A program made the position numbers and the translations under genes. A stretch of 64,000 nt of DNA from a virus (Duplodnaviria; Heunggongvirae; Uroviricota; Caudoviricetes): the IMG/VR virus record IMGVR_UViG_3300042296_001032. One strand, given 5' to 3'. Of this stretch, positions 8,808-17,757 are shown piece after piece; the stretch's first letter is position 1; the number at the start of each line of letters is the position of its first letter. The notes under the pieces were generated by a model. It ran no database searches and was not told the origin of the DNA. It saw only the letters and a program-made list of their open reading frames with translations.

Positions 8808-9554
8808 TTATGCTGCTGTTACAGTCAATGCACCACCATTCGATACTGTTACTCTATATCTAGTACCATTAGAAGATTGTAATATTATACCAAAACCAAC
8901 TGATGTCACTTCTAGTTCTGGTACATAAACTGTGTTTGATGTTGACCCTGTAATATTATTACCACCTATAATAGCACTATTTGTAGCTGTATTAGTTAAA
9001 ATATTACTTGTACCACCCAAAACGGCTCCAGCAATAGCATCAACAGTACCAGAATTACAATGAATAAATGAAGATGTATTACTAGCAATAGTAGCAGAAC
9101 CACTCGCGTGTGAGTAATCACCTCCCGCTGTTGTTTGGTATCCTTGTGAATGTGAATAATTTCCCGATGCTATTGTAGTTTTACCTTCAGCGTGTGAAGA
9201 AGTACCTGAAGCTACACTATCCTCCCCTTCAGCGTGTGAAGAAGCACCAGAAGCTATAGTTTGTTCCCCTTCAGCGTGTGCGTTATTTCCTGAAGCTAAA
9301 GTTTGTGAACCCTCAGTGTGTGATGATTGTGTTGTTGCTGAAGTTTGATACCCCTCAGCATGTGAACCAAAATTTCCTGAAGCTAAAGTTTGCCATCCTT
9401 CAGCATGTGAACCAGAACCTGTTGCTGTAACAGAACTTCCTATAGCTGAAGAACTACCACCTGTAGCTACTGATGATGAATATCTAAACGGAACACTTAT
9501 TGATATACTTGGGTCTCCAGCTGAATTTATTGTATTTACATTAATTTGACTCAT
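8808..9554 (-). CDS. Tail fibre/adhesin with YadA-head (Hep_Hag-like) 14-aa repeats
   Basis: Tandem ASGxxSHAEGxxTx repeats, the trimeric autotransporter head beta-roll pattern. Confidence 0.75.
   Translation of the reverse strand: MSQINVNTINSAGDPSISISVPFRYSSSVATGGSSSAIGSSVTATGSGSHAEGWQTLASGNFGSHAEGYQTSATTQSSHTEGSQTLASGNNAHAEGEQTIASGASSHAEGEDSVASGTSSHAEGKTTIASGNYSHSQGYQTTAGGDYSHASGSATIASNTSSFIHCNSGTVDAIAGAVLGGTSNILTNTATNSAIIGGNNITGSTSNTVYVPELEVTSVGFGIILQSSNGTRYRVTVSNGGALTVTAA
9100..9430. repeat. Coding tandem repeat, ~42-nt period
   Basis: Recurrent ccttcagc(g/a)tgtg units encoding SHAEG. Confidence 0.8.
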
Positions 9555-9599
9555 TTTGTTTTTTTTTATTTTATTATTATTTTATTATTATTTTATATA

Positions 9600-10022
9600 T
9601 TAGATTACTGATAATGTTGTTCCAGATGGTACTGTAACAGAAAAACCTGGGTCAACTGTTAAAGGTGTTGGATAAGTTACTGTTGAATTATAAGGTAAAA
9701 CTACATTTTGATTTATAGTTGAGGGTGCCGGTGATGTTACTGTAAACCCTAAATCGGTATAAGTAAGACCAACTACCCCAGCTAACTGAGAACCGTCCCC
9801 AATAAAATAATTGGCGTAAATTGTGTCAGCTGATAAACCACTTGTAAACTCAGTAGGTCCTGTTACAGTACCACCAGTAAAAGAACCACTAACACCAATT
9901 AAACCAGAACCATCACCATAAAAGGTTGCTCCTGATATTATGTTAGTCACTAATAAATCACCCGTTATTATTTGTTCTGATAATAAACTGTCGGCGTTGT
10001 CGATAATATACTTTACACTCAT
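9600..10022 (-). CDS. Fibre/virion-associated protein, paralogue of 8293-8784
   Basis: Shared N-terminus; internal FYGDGSGL / FIGDGSQL repeat; ATATTTAT at 10037-10044 upstream. Confidence 0.5.
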   Translation of the reverse strand: MSVKYIIDNADSLLSEQIITGDLLVTNIISGATFYGDGSGLIGVSGSFTGGTVTGPTEFTSGLSADTIYANYFIGDGSQLAGVVGLTYTDLGFTVTSPAPSTINQNVVLPYNSTVTYPTPLTVDPGFSVTVPSGTTLSVI

Positions 10023-10075
10023 TTACTTTTTTATTAATAAATATGCAAGAATAAAGTATAAAAAAAATTTTATGC

Positions 10076-10155
10076 AAAAAAAAACCACGGTGTTCTGACC
10101 GTGGCTGTTCTTAATGTATTCTGACAATAAGAACATTTAATTTATTTCCTTATCT
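10076..10155 (-). ncRNA. Candidate small RNA with two hairpins sharing a loop motif, ending in a U tract
   Basis: TAnnTTTG promoter at 10162-10169, hairpins at 10106-10135 and 10085-10104, A9 run at 10076-10084. Confidence 0.3.
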
Positions 10156-10161
10156 ATAATA

Positions 10162-10169
10162 CAAATATA
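10162..10169 (-). promoter_or_regulatory. Bacteroidetes-type -7 element (TATATTTG)
   Basis: Matches TAnnTTTG on the minus strand in an intergenic region. Confidence 0.55.
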
Positions 10170-10180
10170 AGGGTATTATT

Positions 10181-10906
10181 TTAATTAGCAATAAATTTAG
10201 GCAAATAATTTTCAATAAATTCTTTCATACCCTCAGTGGCAGGTTTTTCAATATAATTAACATCTCTAAACATACCATCTAGTTCACCTTTAGGAGGGTT
10301 GGGGTCGATGCAAACAACGTCTATCACCCCCATATTAGGGTTATGTAAATCTTTACAAGACCTCAATAGACCAAGTGTATAACTTATAAATAATGTGGTG
10401 CCAATAACTAATAAAACATCACAATTTCTAAGAGCTATTACAGATTCATTTATATTATTGGGGTACTCATTAAACCAAACAATGTGTGGTCTTAATTGTG
10501 AACCGTCTTCATGTTTGTCACCAATATTAGTTGGTTTATAACCAACATCAATAACTTTCTTATGGTTTAAACTACTCTGTGCTTTAGTTAACTCACCATG
10601 TAAATGTAAGATGTTTGTAGAACCCCCACGTTCATGTAAATTATCTACATTTTGTGTGATAACGGTTACCTCATGTTCTTTTTCTAATTCAGCAATAAGT
10701 TTATGTGCCTCATTGGGTTCGACACCAAGTAACTGTTGCCTTCTTTTGTTGTAAAAATCCAATACTCTTTCTCTGTCTTTTCTCCAACCTTCAGGTGTGG
10801 CAACAGCTTCAACATCTTCATTTTCCCATGTACCACCAGCATCTCTGAATGTATCAATACCTGATTCCTTAGAAACTCCTGCCCCTGTAAAAACAACTAT
10901 TTTCAT
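10181..10906 (-). CDS. cobB: NAD-dependent protein deacylase, Sir2/CobB family
   Basis: GAGVSKESGIDTFR, QNVDNLHE, HLHG, RPHIVWF and GTT motifs; FYNKRR (YxxR) of class III sirtuins. Confidence 0.9.
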   Translation of the reverse strand: MKIVVFTGAGVSKESGIDTFRDAGGTWENEDVEAVATPEGWRKDRERVLDFYNKRRQQLLGVEPNEAHKLIAELEKEHEVTVITQNVDNLHERGGSTNILHLHGELTKAQSSLNHKKVIDVGYKPTNIGDKHEDGSQLRPHIVWFNEYPNNINESVIALRNCDVLLVIGTTLFISYTLGLLRSCKDLHNPNMGVIDVVCIDPNPPKGELDGMFRDVNYIEKPATEGMKEFIENYLPKFIAN

Positions 10907-11721
10907 TACTTTTGTACAAATTCAAAAAGATTTTCACTATTATTCTTCAACTTTCTTAAAGCCTTTTCTTTAATCTGACGAATACGTTCTTTTGTAAGAC
11001 CAAACTCATCACCAATTTGTTCAAGAGTTAAAGCACCACCATCAACACCAAAATACATGTCAACAATTTTTCTTTCTCTATCACTTAAAATTGATAAAGT
11101 TTTTTCCAATTCGTTTTTTAAGATTTCATCAGACATAGTGTCCTCGTCAGGTCTAGCAAATGTTAAATCAGGAATTAAGTCCATAATCTCATCACCTTCT
11201 TCATTTATTTTATCATTCAATGAAGTACATGTAGGGTGATTTAGTACAGATAAATCCATCTCACCGTTGATTGGCATTCTTTGATTTTCTTGTTCGAAGA
11301 CAGCAATCTCTTTTTTAATTTTTGATAACTGGTTTGTGATATTAACAGGAAGTCTTACTGTTCTTGAATTTTCACACAAAGATTGTAGAATCGATTGCTT
11401 AACCCACCAAACAGCATAAGAAATAAACCTAAAACCTCTTGTATGGTCAAATTTACCTGCAGCTTTTATCAATCCGTAGTTACCTTCAGAAATCAAATCT
11501 ACCAAAGGAATCCCTTGTCCTTGATATTCTTTAGCTATTGAGATAACAAATCTAAGATTAGCTTTAACCAATTTATCTAATGCCCTTTTGTCCCCCTCAG
11601 CAATTTTTTTAGCTAACTCCAACTCTTCTTCGGGTGTTACCAAATCAATCTTTCTAACCTCTTTTAAATAGTTAGAAATAGAGTCCTCTGTTGTGTCAAT
11701 GTAACGTTTGTATGATACCAT
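10906..11721 (-). CDS. RNA polymerase sigma70 factor, Bacteroidetes primary-sigma-like
   Basis: ANLRFVISIAKEY, LISEGNYGLIKAA, FDHTRGFRFISYAVWW (region 2); LTLEQIG...LTKERIRQIKEKAL (region 4); no region 1.1. Confidence 0.92.
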   Translation of the reverse strand: MVSYKRYIDTTEDSISNYLKEVRKIDLVTPEEELELAKKIAEGDKRALDKLVKANLRFVISIAKEYQGQGIPLVDLISEGNYGLIKAAGKFDHTRGFRFISYAVWWVKQSILQSLCENSRTVRLPVNITNQLSKIKKEIAVFEQENQRMPINGEMDLSVLNHPTCTSLNDKINEEGDEIMDLIPDLTFARPDEDTMSDEILKNELEKTLSILSDRERKIVDMYFGVDGGALTLEQIGDEFGLTKERIRQIKEKALRKLKNNSENLFEFVQK

Positions 11722-11725
11722 ATAT

Positions 11726-12139
11726 TTATTTTGTTTTTTTACCGAATATTAAATCACTGTTTTTAGTTCTAGAACTAACTATTTCTTTTTTGGTTGTCTC
11801 TTTAACTACCTTTTCTTTTGTTTTTTTAGGTTTCTCTACTTTTTTATCTTCAGCCATTTCTTTCTCAATAGCTCTTTTTTTGATGAGGTAGAAATCACCA
11901 TTCAAAGTATAAGGACAATCTTTTAAATTGTTTTTTAATGATTGTAAATAAGCTTTACGTTTATCTAAAGAAACACCTTTTAAGTCGTCTAACTCACTCT
12001 CAATTTTGTCTATTTCATGTGATAACGCGTCAGACCAAAGTCTAACTGAACTAGTTATTAGTTCATTGGGCACATTAGCGCCGTGCCAATCTACCCGTTC
12101 ACCCGTTTTTAATATCTTAGTGTATTTTTCCCTATCCAT
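11726..12139 (-). CDS. Hypothetical protein (start re-called at MDREK)
   Basis: The track's TTG start at 12148 lies inside a TATCTTTG promoter element (12146-12153). Confidence 0.5.
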   Translation of the reverse strand: MDREKYTKILKTGERVDWHGANVPNELITSSVRLWSDALSHEIDKIESELDDLKGVSLDKRKAYLQSLKNNLKDCPYTLNGDFYLIKKRAIEKEMAEDKKVEKPKKTKEKVVKETTKKEIVSSRTKNSDLIFGKKTK

Positions 12140-12157
12140 TAAATACAAAGATAATAA

Positions 12158-12352
12158 TTATTTAATCGATTCCAAATAAAATTTTCTTAAATTTTGACCC
12201 AAGTCGTAATCGTTAGGGTATTTTTTGATTAATTTTTCAATCTCACTGAGAGTAGAAACACAATTATTGTTAACCTCATTTTTGAAAACTACGTCTTTTA
12301 CTTGACGTAATTTATTCATTTCATTTTTTAATTCCTTACTTTCCATATTCAT
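12158..12352 (-). CDS. Small hypothetical protein
   Basis: ORF track; TATATTTG at 12363-12370 upstream. Confidence 0.5.
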   Translation of the reverse strand: MNMESKELKNEMNKLRQVKDVVFKNEVNNNCVSTLSEIEKLIKKYPNDYDLGQNLRKFYLESIK

Positions 12353-12362
12353 AATTTTTTTA

Positions 12363-12370
12363 CAAATATA
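12363..12370 (-). promoter_or_regulatory. Bacteroidetes-type -7 element (TATATTTG)
   Basis: TAnnTTTG match 10 nt upstream of a start codon. Confidence 0.55.
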
Positions 12371-12397
12371 ATGAATACTTTTTTAAAAATCAAAAAA

Positions 12398-12847
12398 TTA
12401 AGAACTTTTTTCTAAAATTTCAATTTCACTCTCTGTCAAACAGCCTCTATCATAGTTGTTTCTACTAAGTTTATCCAAAATATCATCAACATTATTGTAT
12501 TCCTCAACCTCAACCTTTTTCTTACCTTTTCTTCTAGTTTTGACTTTAGGTTCACCTGTAAGTTCGTTTAACGTTTTTTCAATCTCAGGAAACAAACCCT
12601 TTAGATATTTCGTTGGTAGACTTATAGCACTATGTGAGGGGTCAGATATCTCAAACAATAAAAAAGCTGGTATATGAACTAAGTTTTCGTATATCTCTAT
12701 AGTATTATAAACACTATAAAAAGTACCCATAAATATACCGTTACCATCGACATAATTAACACCATCCTCACCGTTAGCTATGTTGTTTAAATCTTCCTCA
12801 ATTCCTTTATAGGAACCTAGGATAACAATCATATATCTTGCATCCAT
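12398..12847 (-). CDS. Hypothetical protein with a DUF6576-like C-terminal motif
   Basis: VDDILDKLSRNNYDRGCLTESEIEIL resembles the VDxILDKISxxGYxSLTxEE motif; ATATTTAT (12862-12869) and TATCTTTG (12877-12884) upstream. Confidence 0.45.
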   Translation of the reverse strand: MDARYMIVILGSYKGIEEDLNNIANGEDGVNYVDGNGIFMGTFYSVYNTIEIYENLVHIPAFLLFEISDPSHSAISLPTKYLKGLFPEIEKTLNELTGEPKVKTRRKGKKKVEVEEYNNVDDILDKLSRNNYDRGCLTESEIEILEKSS

Positions 12848-12892
12848 AACTTCTTTTATTTATAAATATATACCAACAAAGATACTAAAAAA

Positions 12893-15271
12893 TTATTGTA
12901 CCATTAATGATGATATGTTATTTTTCTTTTTAATTGTTATTATTTTAGTCGCCCAATCTTTAACAATTTCATTATGTGTTATAATAAAAATGTTAGGGAA
13001 CATTTCTGAACATTTCTGAAAGAAGTTTCCAACTAACTCTAAATTAGTGTTAGCAACCTTTCCAAAAACCTCATCAAAAACAATTATGTTAGGTTTTGGT
13101 AGACAACTGACTTTTGACATTACACAACGTAAAGCTAATGATGACACTGTTTTTTCAAATCCACTACCTTCATTAATAGGGTATTTGATAGCCTCACCTT
13201 TTTCGTTTTCTTTTACTATTAAAAATTCAACTTCTTTCTTATCGTTAATATCCACTTCTAATTTAAATGATGCCGTATCTACTAGTAATCTATCCAATTC
13301 TGAGTTAATTAAAGGCATAACACTTCTCATTATTATTTTAAGGATACCATTTTTACCAACCATTCTAGCATAAACATCAAAAATTATTTTAATTTCTTCT
13401 TCTGCTTTAATAGTTTTAATGTATTCCTCGTTCTTATTTATCTTTGTTTTATAAGTTTCAATTTCATTAGATAATCTTTCACCTAATTTAATTTTATTAG
13501 TTTTTTCCAATTCTAATCCACTTATTTTAGAATTATAACCTATTATCTGACTCTCCAAATCTTTATTTTTTTGGATATTGTCTAGATTATCTTCATAACG
13601 TTTTTTAAGGTCTAATTTTTCTTTTCTTTCTAATCTTAATTTTTCTAAATCCAATTCTAGTTTAGAAACCGTTAAAGAAGTTCTATCGTATTCCCAAACA
13701 GAAGATTTAATGTTATCTTGTTCTTTAACTAGATTTGTAATCTCAACTAATTTTTCGGATAAAGACAATAAATCACTACCCAAAGTATCTAATAATACTT
13801 TATTTTCCTCAATTTCATCTGAATGGTCTACATCAGCTAAAGGTTGTTTACATAAAGAACAGAACTCACCCTCTTCTAAATTTTTAATTGTTTTTTGAGT
13901 TTCCTTTATTTTAGATTTAGCTCTCTCTACTTCTAAACTAAATCCTCGTTCTTGTTTTACATATTCCTCATGTAAATCTTCATCATAAACTGGTTCTGTC
14001 ATAGAATCAAAAGATTTTTTAGTATCCTCATACTCACTCTTTTTCTTCTTACCGTACAATTCGATTCTATCAATTTCATTATCAATATCTTCGGGTCTTA
14101 AATTAATAACATCAGAATCTATCTCTATTTTTTTACCAATTAAATTTTCTTTTTTGACTGTGGAAGACTCAATATTAAGTTCTAGGGATTTAATTTCTAA
14201 TTCATTTTCTTTAATCGAGTTTTCATTTTCAGAAATTAAACTTTTTAGTTCACCAATCTCAGAATTTAAGTCTGTAATATTGTATTGGTCTGATTTTAAT
14301 CCTTTTGACCAATTAGATTTCATTTCTTTGACAATAGTTTCTTTGTCTTCAATAACTTCTAATCCAATAAATCTAGATAGGATTCGCCCTTTTTCAGTCG
14401 GTTTGGTGTGAATGATGTCCTCAAGATTGTCGGCATCAGCAATAATTGTTAATAAAAAATCATTCACTGAACCAACCGATTTTTTTATAAATTCTTCTGT
14501 TTCTCTTCTTTGTTCACCTTCTAAGTTTTCAATACTACCATCAGGTAAGGTTCTATAGAAAGATAAGTCTGTTCTAGTGGTATACTCATCACCAGTCCTT
14601 TTAGCTTTACGTACAACAGTTCTCTCGATGATATAATCTACACCATCAATAGCAACTTTACCCTTAACAACTACTTCATTTTTATCTTCTCTAAAAAGAT
14701 TAAACATTTTAATTGCGGTACTACCTTTTGTGGTGGTATTAAAGAAAAGGAATAAAAGTAAATCTAAAGCAAGAGTTGTTTTACCACCCATATTTAACGG
14801 GTCTGAAGTAATCACTGTAATACCCTCTAACTCTTTAAAAGAGATTTTATTACCATCACCATAAGAAAGGAAATTAGACCACTCTAACTCCTTTATATAC
14901 CAATTACGATATCTATAATCTGTTTCTCTTTCTTGTGATAATTTTTCGTTTACTTTATCATCTAAACGTAAGAGTCTATCCCAATCAACATCTACTTTAT
15001 TATCAGTAATCCATTGTTTAAATAACTTTCTTTGATAATTAGTATCCATTACATTATCAGCAACGGTCATTTCTACTTCACCATTTTCAGTGAGTACTTT
15101 TTTAGGTTTAAAAATAACCTGTACATTAGGGTTGTTATATTTCTCAGTAAAGTATTTAGCAATTCTTTTTGCACGTTCCTGGGTGTAATTTTCTGGACTA
15201 TCATCCCATATAACTCTGATTTTAGCCTTTTCAGGCACAACAGTTTTAACTTCTTTTACCAAGTTTTCCAT
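12893..15271 (-). CDS. SbcC/Rad50/T4 gp46-like ATPase with N-terminal extension
   Basis: Walker A GGKTT, long coiled coil with CSLC zinc hook, signature SGFEK, Walker B FDEVFG, H-loop IITHN. Confidence 0.9.
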   Translation of the reverse strand: MENLVKEVKTVVPEKAKIRVIWDDSPENYTQERAKRIAKYFTEKYNNPNVQVIFKPKKVLTENGEVEMTVADNVMDTNYQRKLFKQWITDNKVDVDWDRLLRLDDKVNEKLSQERETDYRYRNWYIKELEWSNFLSYGDGNKISFKELEGITVITSDPLNMGGKTTLALDLLLFLFFNTTTKGSTAIKMFNLFREDKNEVVVKGKVAIDGVDYIIERTVVRKAKRTGDEYTTRTDLSFYRTLPDGSIENLEGEQRRETEEFIKKSVGSVNDFLLTIIADADNLEDIIHTKPTEKGRILSRFIGLEVIEDKETIVKEMKSNWSKGLKSDQYNITDLNSEIGELKSLISENENSIKENELEIKSLELNIESSTVKKENLIGKKIEIDSDVINLRPEDIDNEIDRIELYGKKKKSEYEDTKKSFDSMTEPVYDEDLHEEYVKQERGFSLEVERAKSKIKETQKTIKNLEEGEFCSLCKQPLADVDHSDEIEENKVLLDTLGSDLLSLSEKLVEITNLVKEQDNIKSSVWEYDRTSLTVSKLELDLEKLRLERKEKLDLKKRYEDNLDNIQKNKDLESQIIGYNSKISGLELEKTNKIKLGERLSNEIETYKTKINKNEEYIKTIKAEEEIKIIFDVYARMVGKNGILKIIMRSVMPLINSELDRLLVDTASFKLEVDINDKKEVEFLIVKENEKGEAIKYPINEGSGFEKTVSSLALRCVMSKVSCLPKPNIIVFDEVFGKVANTNLELVGNFFQKCSEMFPNIFIITHNEIVKDWATKIITIKKKNNISSLMVQ

Positions 15272-15325
15272 ATTTCTTTAATTTATAAAAATATACTTTA
15301 AATTTTTGATTAAATAAAGACTTGT

Positions 15326-15916
15326 TTACTCTCCATATAAATCAGTATCCCTTTCAGATTTGGATATCCAACTAATAACGTTGCTAGTTGGTGTTTTTGA
15401 ATTTTCTTCTTTTGGTTTTTCTGTTTTAGTTGGTTTATAGTTTCTATTTTTTTCCAACTCTAACTCTATTTTAAGGTTTTCAACTTGTTGTTCTAATTCT
15501 TTAAATTGTTTATCGTTTTTAATTGGCACCTCAACAATTTTTTCTACTATAACCTCTTTAATAACTTCTTTTATTACTTCAACAGGTACTTCCACTCTAT
15601 TTTCAGTAATACCACCAATTTTTTCTACGATTATTTCTTTTATAACCTCAACAGGGACTTCTTTAATTACCTCAACAATCTTCTCTTTTTCGACAATAAC
15701 CTCTTTAATCACCTCTTTTTCTACAATCACTTCCCTGATGATTTCTTTTTCAATAATTTCAGGTTCTTTTTGCCCCATTTTAAAAGGGGTGGCACCATAT
15801 TTTTCAATATTGTAACCTTGTTTTAACATCCTAACCATAAAAGCATTCAAATCGGTTATATCGTTTAATCTACAGTATTCCCATATTTCATCTTTTAAAT
15901 CTTTAGGTAGTTCCAT
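15326..15916 (-). CDS. Hypothetical protein with Val/Ile-Glu-Lys (VPVEVIKE) repeats
   Basis: Tandem EVIVEK / VPVEVIKE repeats in the central region. Confidence 0.6.
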   Translation of the reverse strand: MELPKDLKDEIWEYCRLNDITDLNAFMVRMLKQGYNIEKYGATPFKMGQKEPEIIEKEIIREVIVEKEVIKEVIVEKEKIVEVIKEVPVEVIKEIIVEKIGGITENRVEVPVEVIKEVIKEVIVEKIVEVPIKNDKQFKELEQQVENLKIELELEKNRNYKPTKTEKPKEENSKTPTSNVISWISKSERDTDLYGE

Positions 15917-16506
15917 TAAAATTTGTGTATCAATTTACTATCACCAATAGATTTTGGTTTATTAGATTTTTCATCTGTTCTTGTATTTGAATACCTTTCA
16001 AAATATTGTTCAGGTTGTATAGGGTTATTTATTTGTTCTACGTATTGTGGGTTATACCAATAATCCATATCGATAGTACTATATCTAACTATGTATCTAT
16101 AATCAGGTTCAAAATTTATCGGGTTGAATATCCTAACGGTGTCTATTGTGTATATAAAAACTTCTTTATTACTACTTAAATCTTCCATTATTTTTATAAC
16201 TAAATCATAAAAAGTATTAAAATTTTGAGTACCAACTACTAAAGTTTTTGTTGTTGGTGTGTTAGCTAACTCAGGGTCTACCATCCTTCTTCTAGCTTCA
16301 GGGTGTGGTATTATATTACCTGGTAAATCTAAAACATATACCTTTTCATTTTCAAGATATTCCAAAAGACCAATTATTTGTTCTCTTAAAGTTTCATAGT
16401 TTTCACGAGTAATTTGTTCACCTTGTCTTATGTTATTATCTATGTTATGAAAACTATTTGTGGTTAATTTTACTATTTTTTCTTGTAGGGTTAAATTTCT
16501 ATTCAT
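15916..16506 (-). CDS. Hypothetical protein
   Basis: 196-aa ORF ending KLIHKF. Confidence 0.55.
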   Translation of the reverse strand: MNRNLTLQEKIVKLTTNSFHNIDNNIRQGEQITRENYETLREQIIGLLEYLENEKVYVLDLPGNIIPHPEARRRMVDPELANTPTTKTLVVGTQNFNTFYDLVIKIMEDLSSNKEVFIYTIDTVRIFNPINFEPDYRYIVRYSTIDMDYWYNPQYVEQINNPIQPEQYFERYSNTRTDEKSNKPKSIGDSKLIHKF

Positions 16507-16513
16507 ATTATTA

Positions 16514-16915
16514 TTAATACTCTATCTCTTCCCATGTTCCATTAGTATTTAGTTTATAACTACCATAACATGGTTTATTCCATTCATTAGGTTTTATGAT
16601 ACTTAAAAAGTTTTCATCATTATTATTCTTATAGATATAATAAATCTCACCTAATATAGGTTGAAATGAATATTTGGTGTTGTATAATAACTTGGTTGAC
16701 TCATACTCATTCAGCAACTTATCATACTCTTCCTTTAATTCTTCTAATTTTTTATTAAAATATTTATCAGCCTTTATTGCATCTGATTTATCTATCTGTA
16801 AAATTTCAAACTTTTGAGCACCCACCGTTGTTGGGTAATGCTTTAGGTTAGCATCAAATTTATCTGTCTTTTCATTAAAGACAATATTATCAGGATATTT
16901 TTTATTATTTTCCAA
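16514..16915 (-). CDS. DUF2452-like protein
   Basis: YPTTVGAQKF, coiled coil, then YSFQPILGEIYYIY...FLSIIKPNEW, as recalled for DUF2452. Confidence 0.65.
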   Translation of the reverse strand: MENNKKYPDNIVFNEKTDKFDANLKHYPTTVGAQKFEILQIDKSDAIKADKYFNKKLEELKEEYDKLLNEYESTKLLYNTKYSFQPILGEIYYIYKNNNDENFLSIIKPNEWNKPCYGSYKLNTNGTWEEIEY

Positions 16916-17126
16916 AATTAAAATTTAAATTAGTCATAGTTGGTTCTATATTATATAGACTTAATCTTTCATCACTTATTTTTATTTTTTTAATTTCACC
17001 ACTAAAGTCAATAACCCATTTACCCATTCCTTTACATTTACAAGTAGGTTGTTCTTTACTAACTATAGTACCTATCATAGTATCTGAAAAAGAATTCTCA
17101 TATTTTACTTTATCCCCTATTGTCAT
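16905..17126 (-). CDS. Small hypothetical protein (SH3/KOW-like start)
   Basis: IGDKVKY...GTIVS; overlaps both neighbours. Confidence 0.45.
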   Translation of the reverse strand: MTIGDKVKYENSFSDTMIGTIVSKEQPTCKCKGMGKWVIDFSGEIKKIKISDERLSLYNIEPTMTNLNFNFGK

Positions 17127-17437
17127 AATTTATGTTTTTTAACGTAATTATATGGTGTTAAACCATCTTTTTTAAATTCCACGTAATGTGACTGTAAGTC
17201 TTGAAATAATGTTCTAGGATAAATCCTTCTTACTATTGGGAACACTATAGTATCAAAACCACCAGTGCTAGGTACTTCATCCACTTCATTAATTAACTGT
17301 GATGTCTGACCCTCAAGTAATGAGGCTATATTTATTTTTGTTTCATTATTAGTGTCTAAACAATCTAACAACCCAGAGTCCATCCACTTTTTAATAATTT
17401 CTTCTCTTTGTGTTGTTAATCCTGAAAAATTTGCCAT
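17123..17437 (-). CDS. Mini-protein resembling the N-terminus of a T4 gp23-type major capsid protein
   Basis: EEIIKKW..SGLL..L...IASLLEGQ.SQLINE...FDTIVFPIVRRIY. Confidence 0.6.
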   Translation of the reverse strand: MANFSGLTTQREEIIKKWMDSGLLDCLDTNNETKINIASLLEGQTSQLINEVDEVPSTGGFDTIVFPIVRRIYPRTLFQDLQSHYVEFKKDGLTPYNYVKKHKL

Positions 17438-17442
17438 TTTAT

Positions 17443-17757
17443 TTATAAAAAATAATTATTATCTGTGTTAGTGATACTAATATCCAAGTTAAGATACTGA
17501 GGTACTCTTCTAGGTCTTAATTGTATATCTTGTATAAAACTGTTATCTTCTATCCTCCAATCACCTATTTGGGATTCCATAATCATTGAGTTTATTGAAT
17601 CAGCTACTTGTGGTGAACAAACAATCCAATTGGCAGGTCCCCCTCTATTACTACTTTGAATCTGTCCAGATAATTCATTTAAAAGTCTATTTAACTCCTT
17701 TTCATAATCAAAATCACCAAAATGGTATTTTTTTATATATTTTTTAGGTTTTATCAT
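17443..17757 (-). CDS. Mini-protein with a capsid C-terminal-like motif and a tail-sheath C-terminal-like motif
   Basis: RGGPANWIVCSPQVA (gp23-like); FIQDIQLRPRRVPQYLNLDISIT (sheath-end-like). Confidence 0.45.
   Translation of the reverse strand: MIKPKKYIKKYHFGDFDYEKELNRLLNELSGQIQSSNRGGPANWIVCSPQVADSINSMIMESQIGDWRIEDNSFIQDIQLRPRRVPQYLNLDISITNTDNNYFL

Noticed and set aside
9100-9430. Regular ~42-nt repeats as a possible CRISPR array
   Set aside because: They are in-frame, degenerate at third codon positions, encode SHAEG repeats and have no unique spacers.
10023-10136. 37-codon ORF across the twin hairpins as a protein-coding gene
   Set aside because: It reads through a terminator and poly-T tract into low-complexity sequence; kept only as an alternative (leader peptide) reading of the small RNA candidate.
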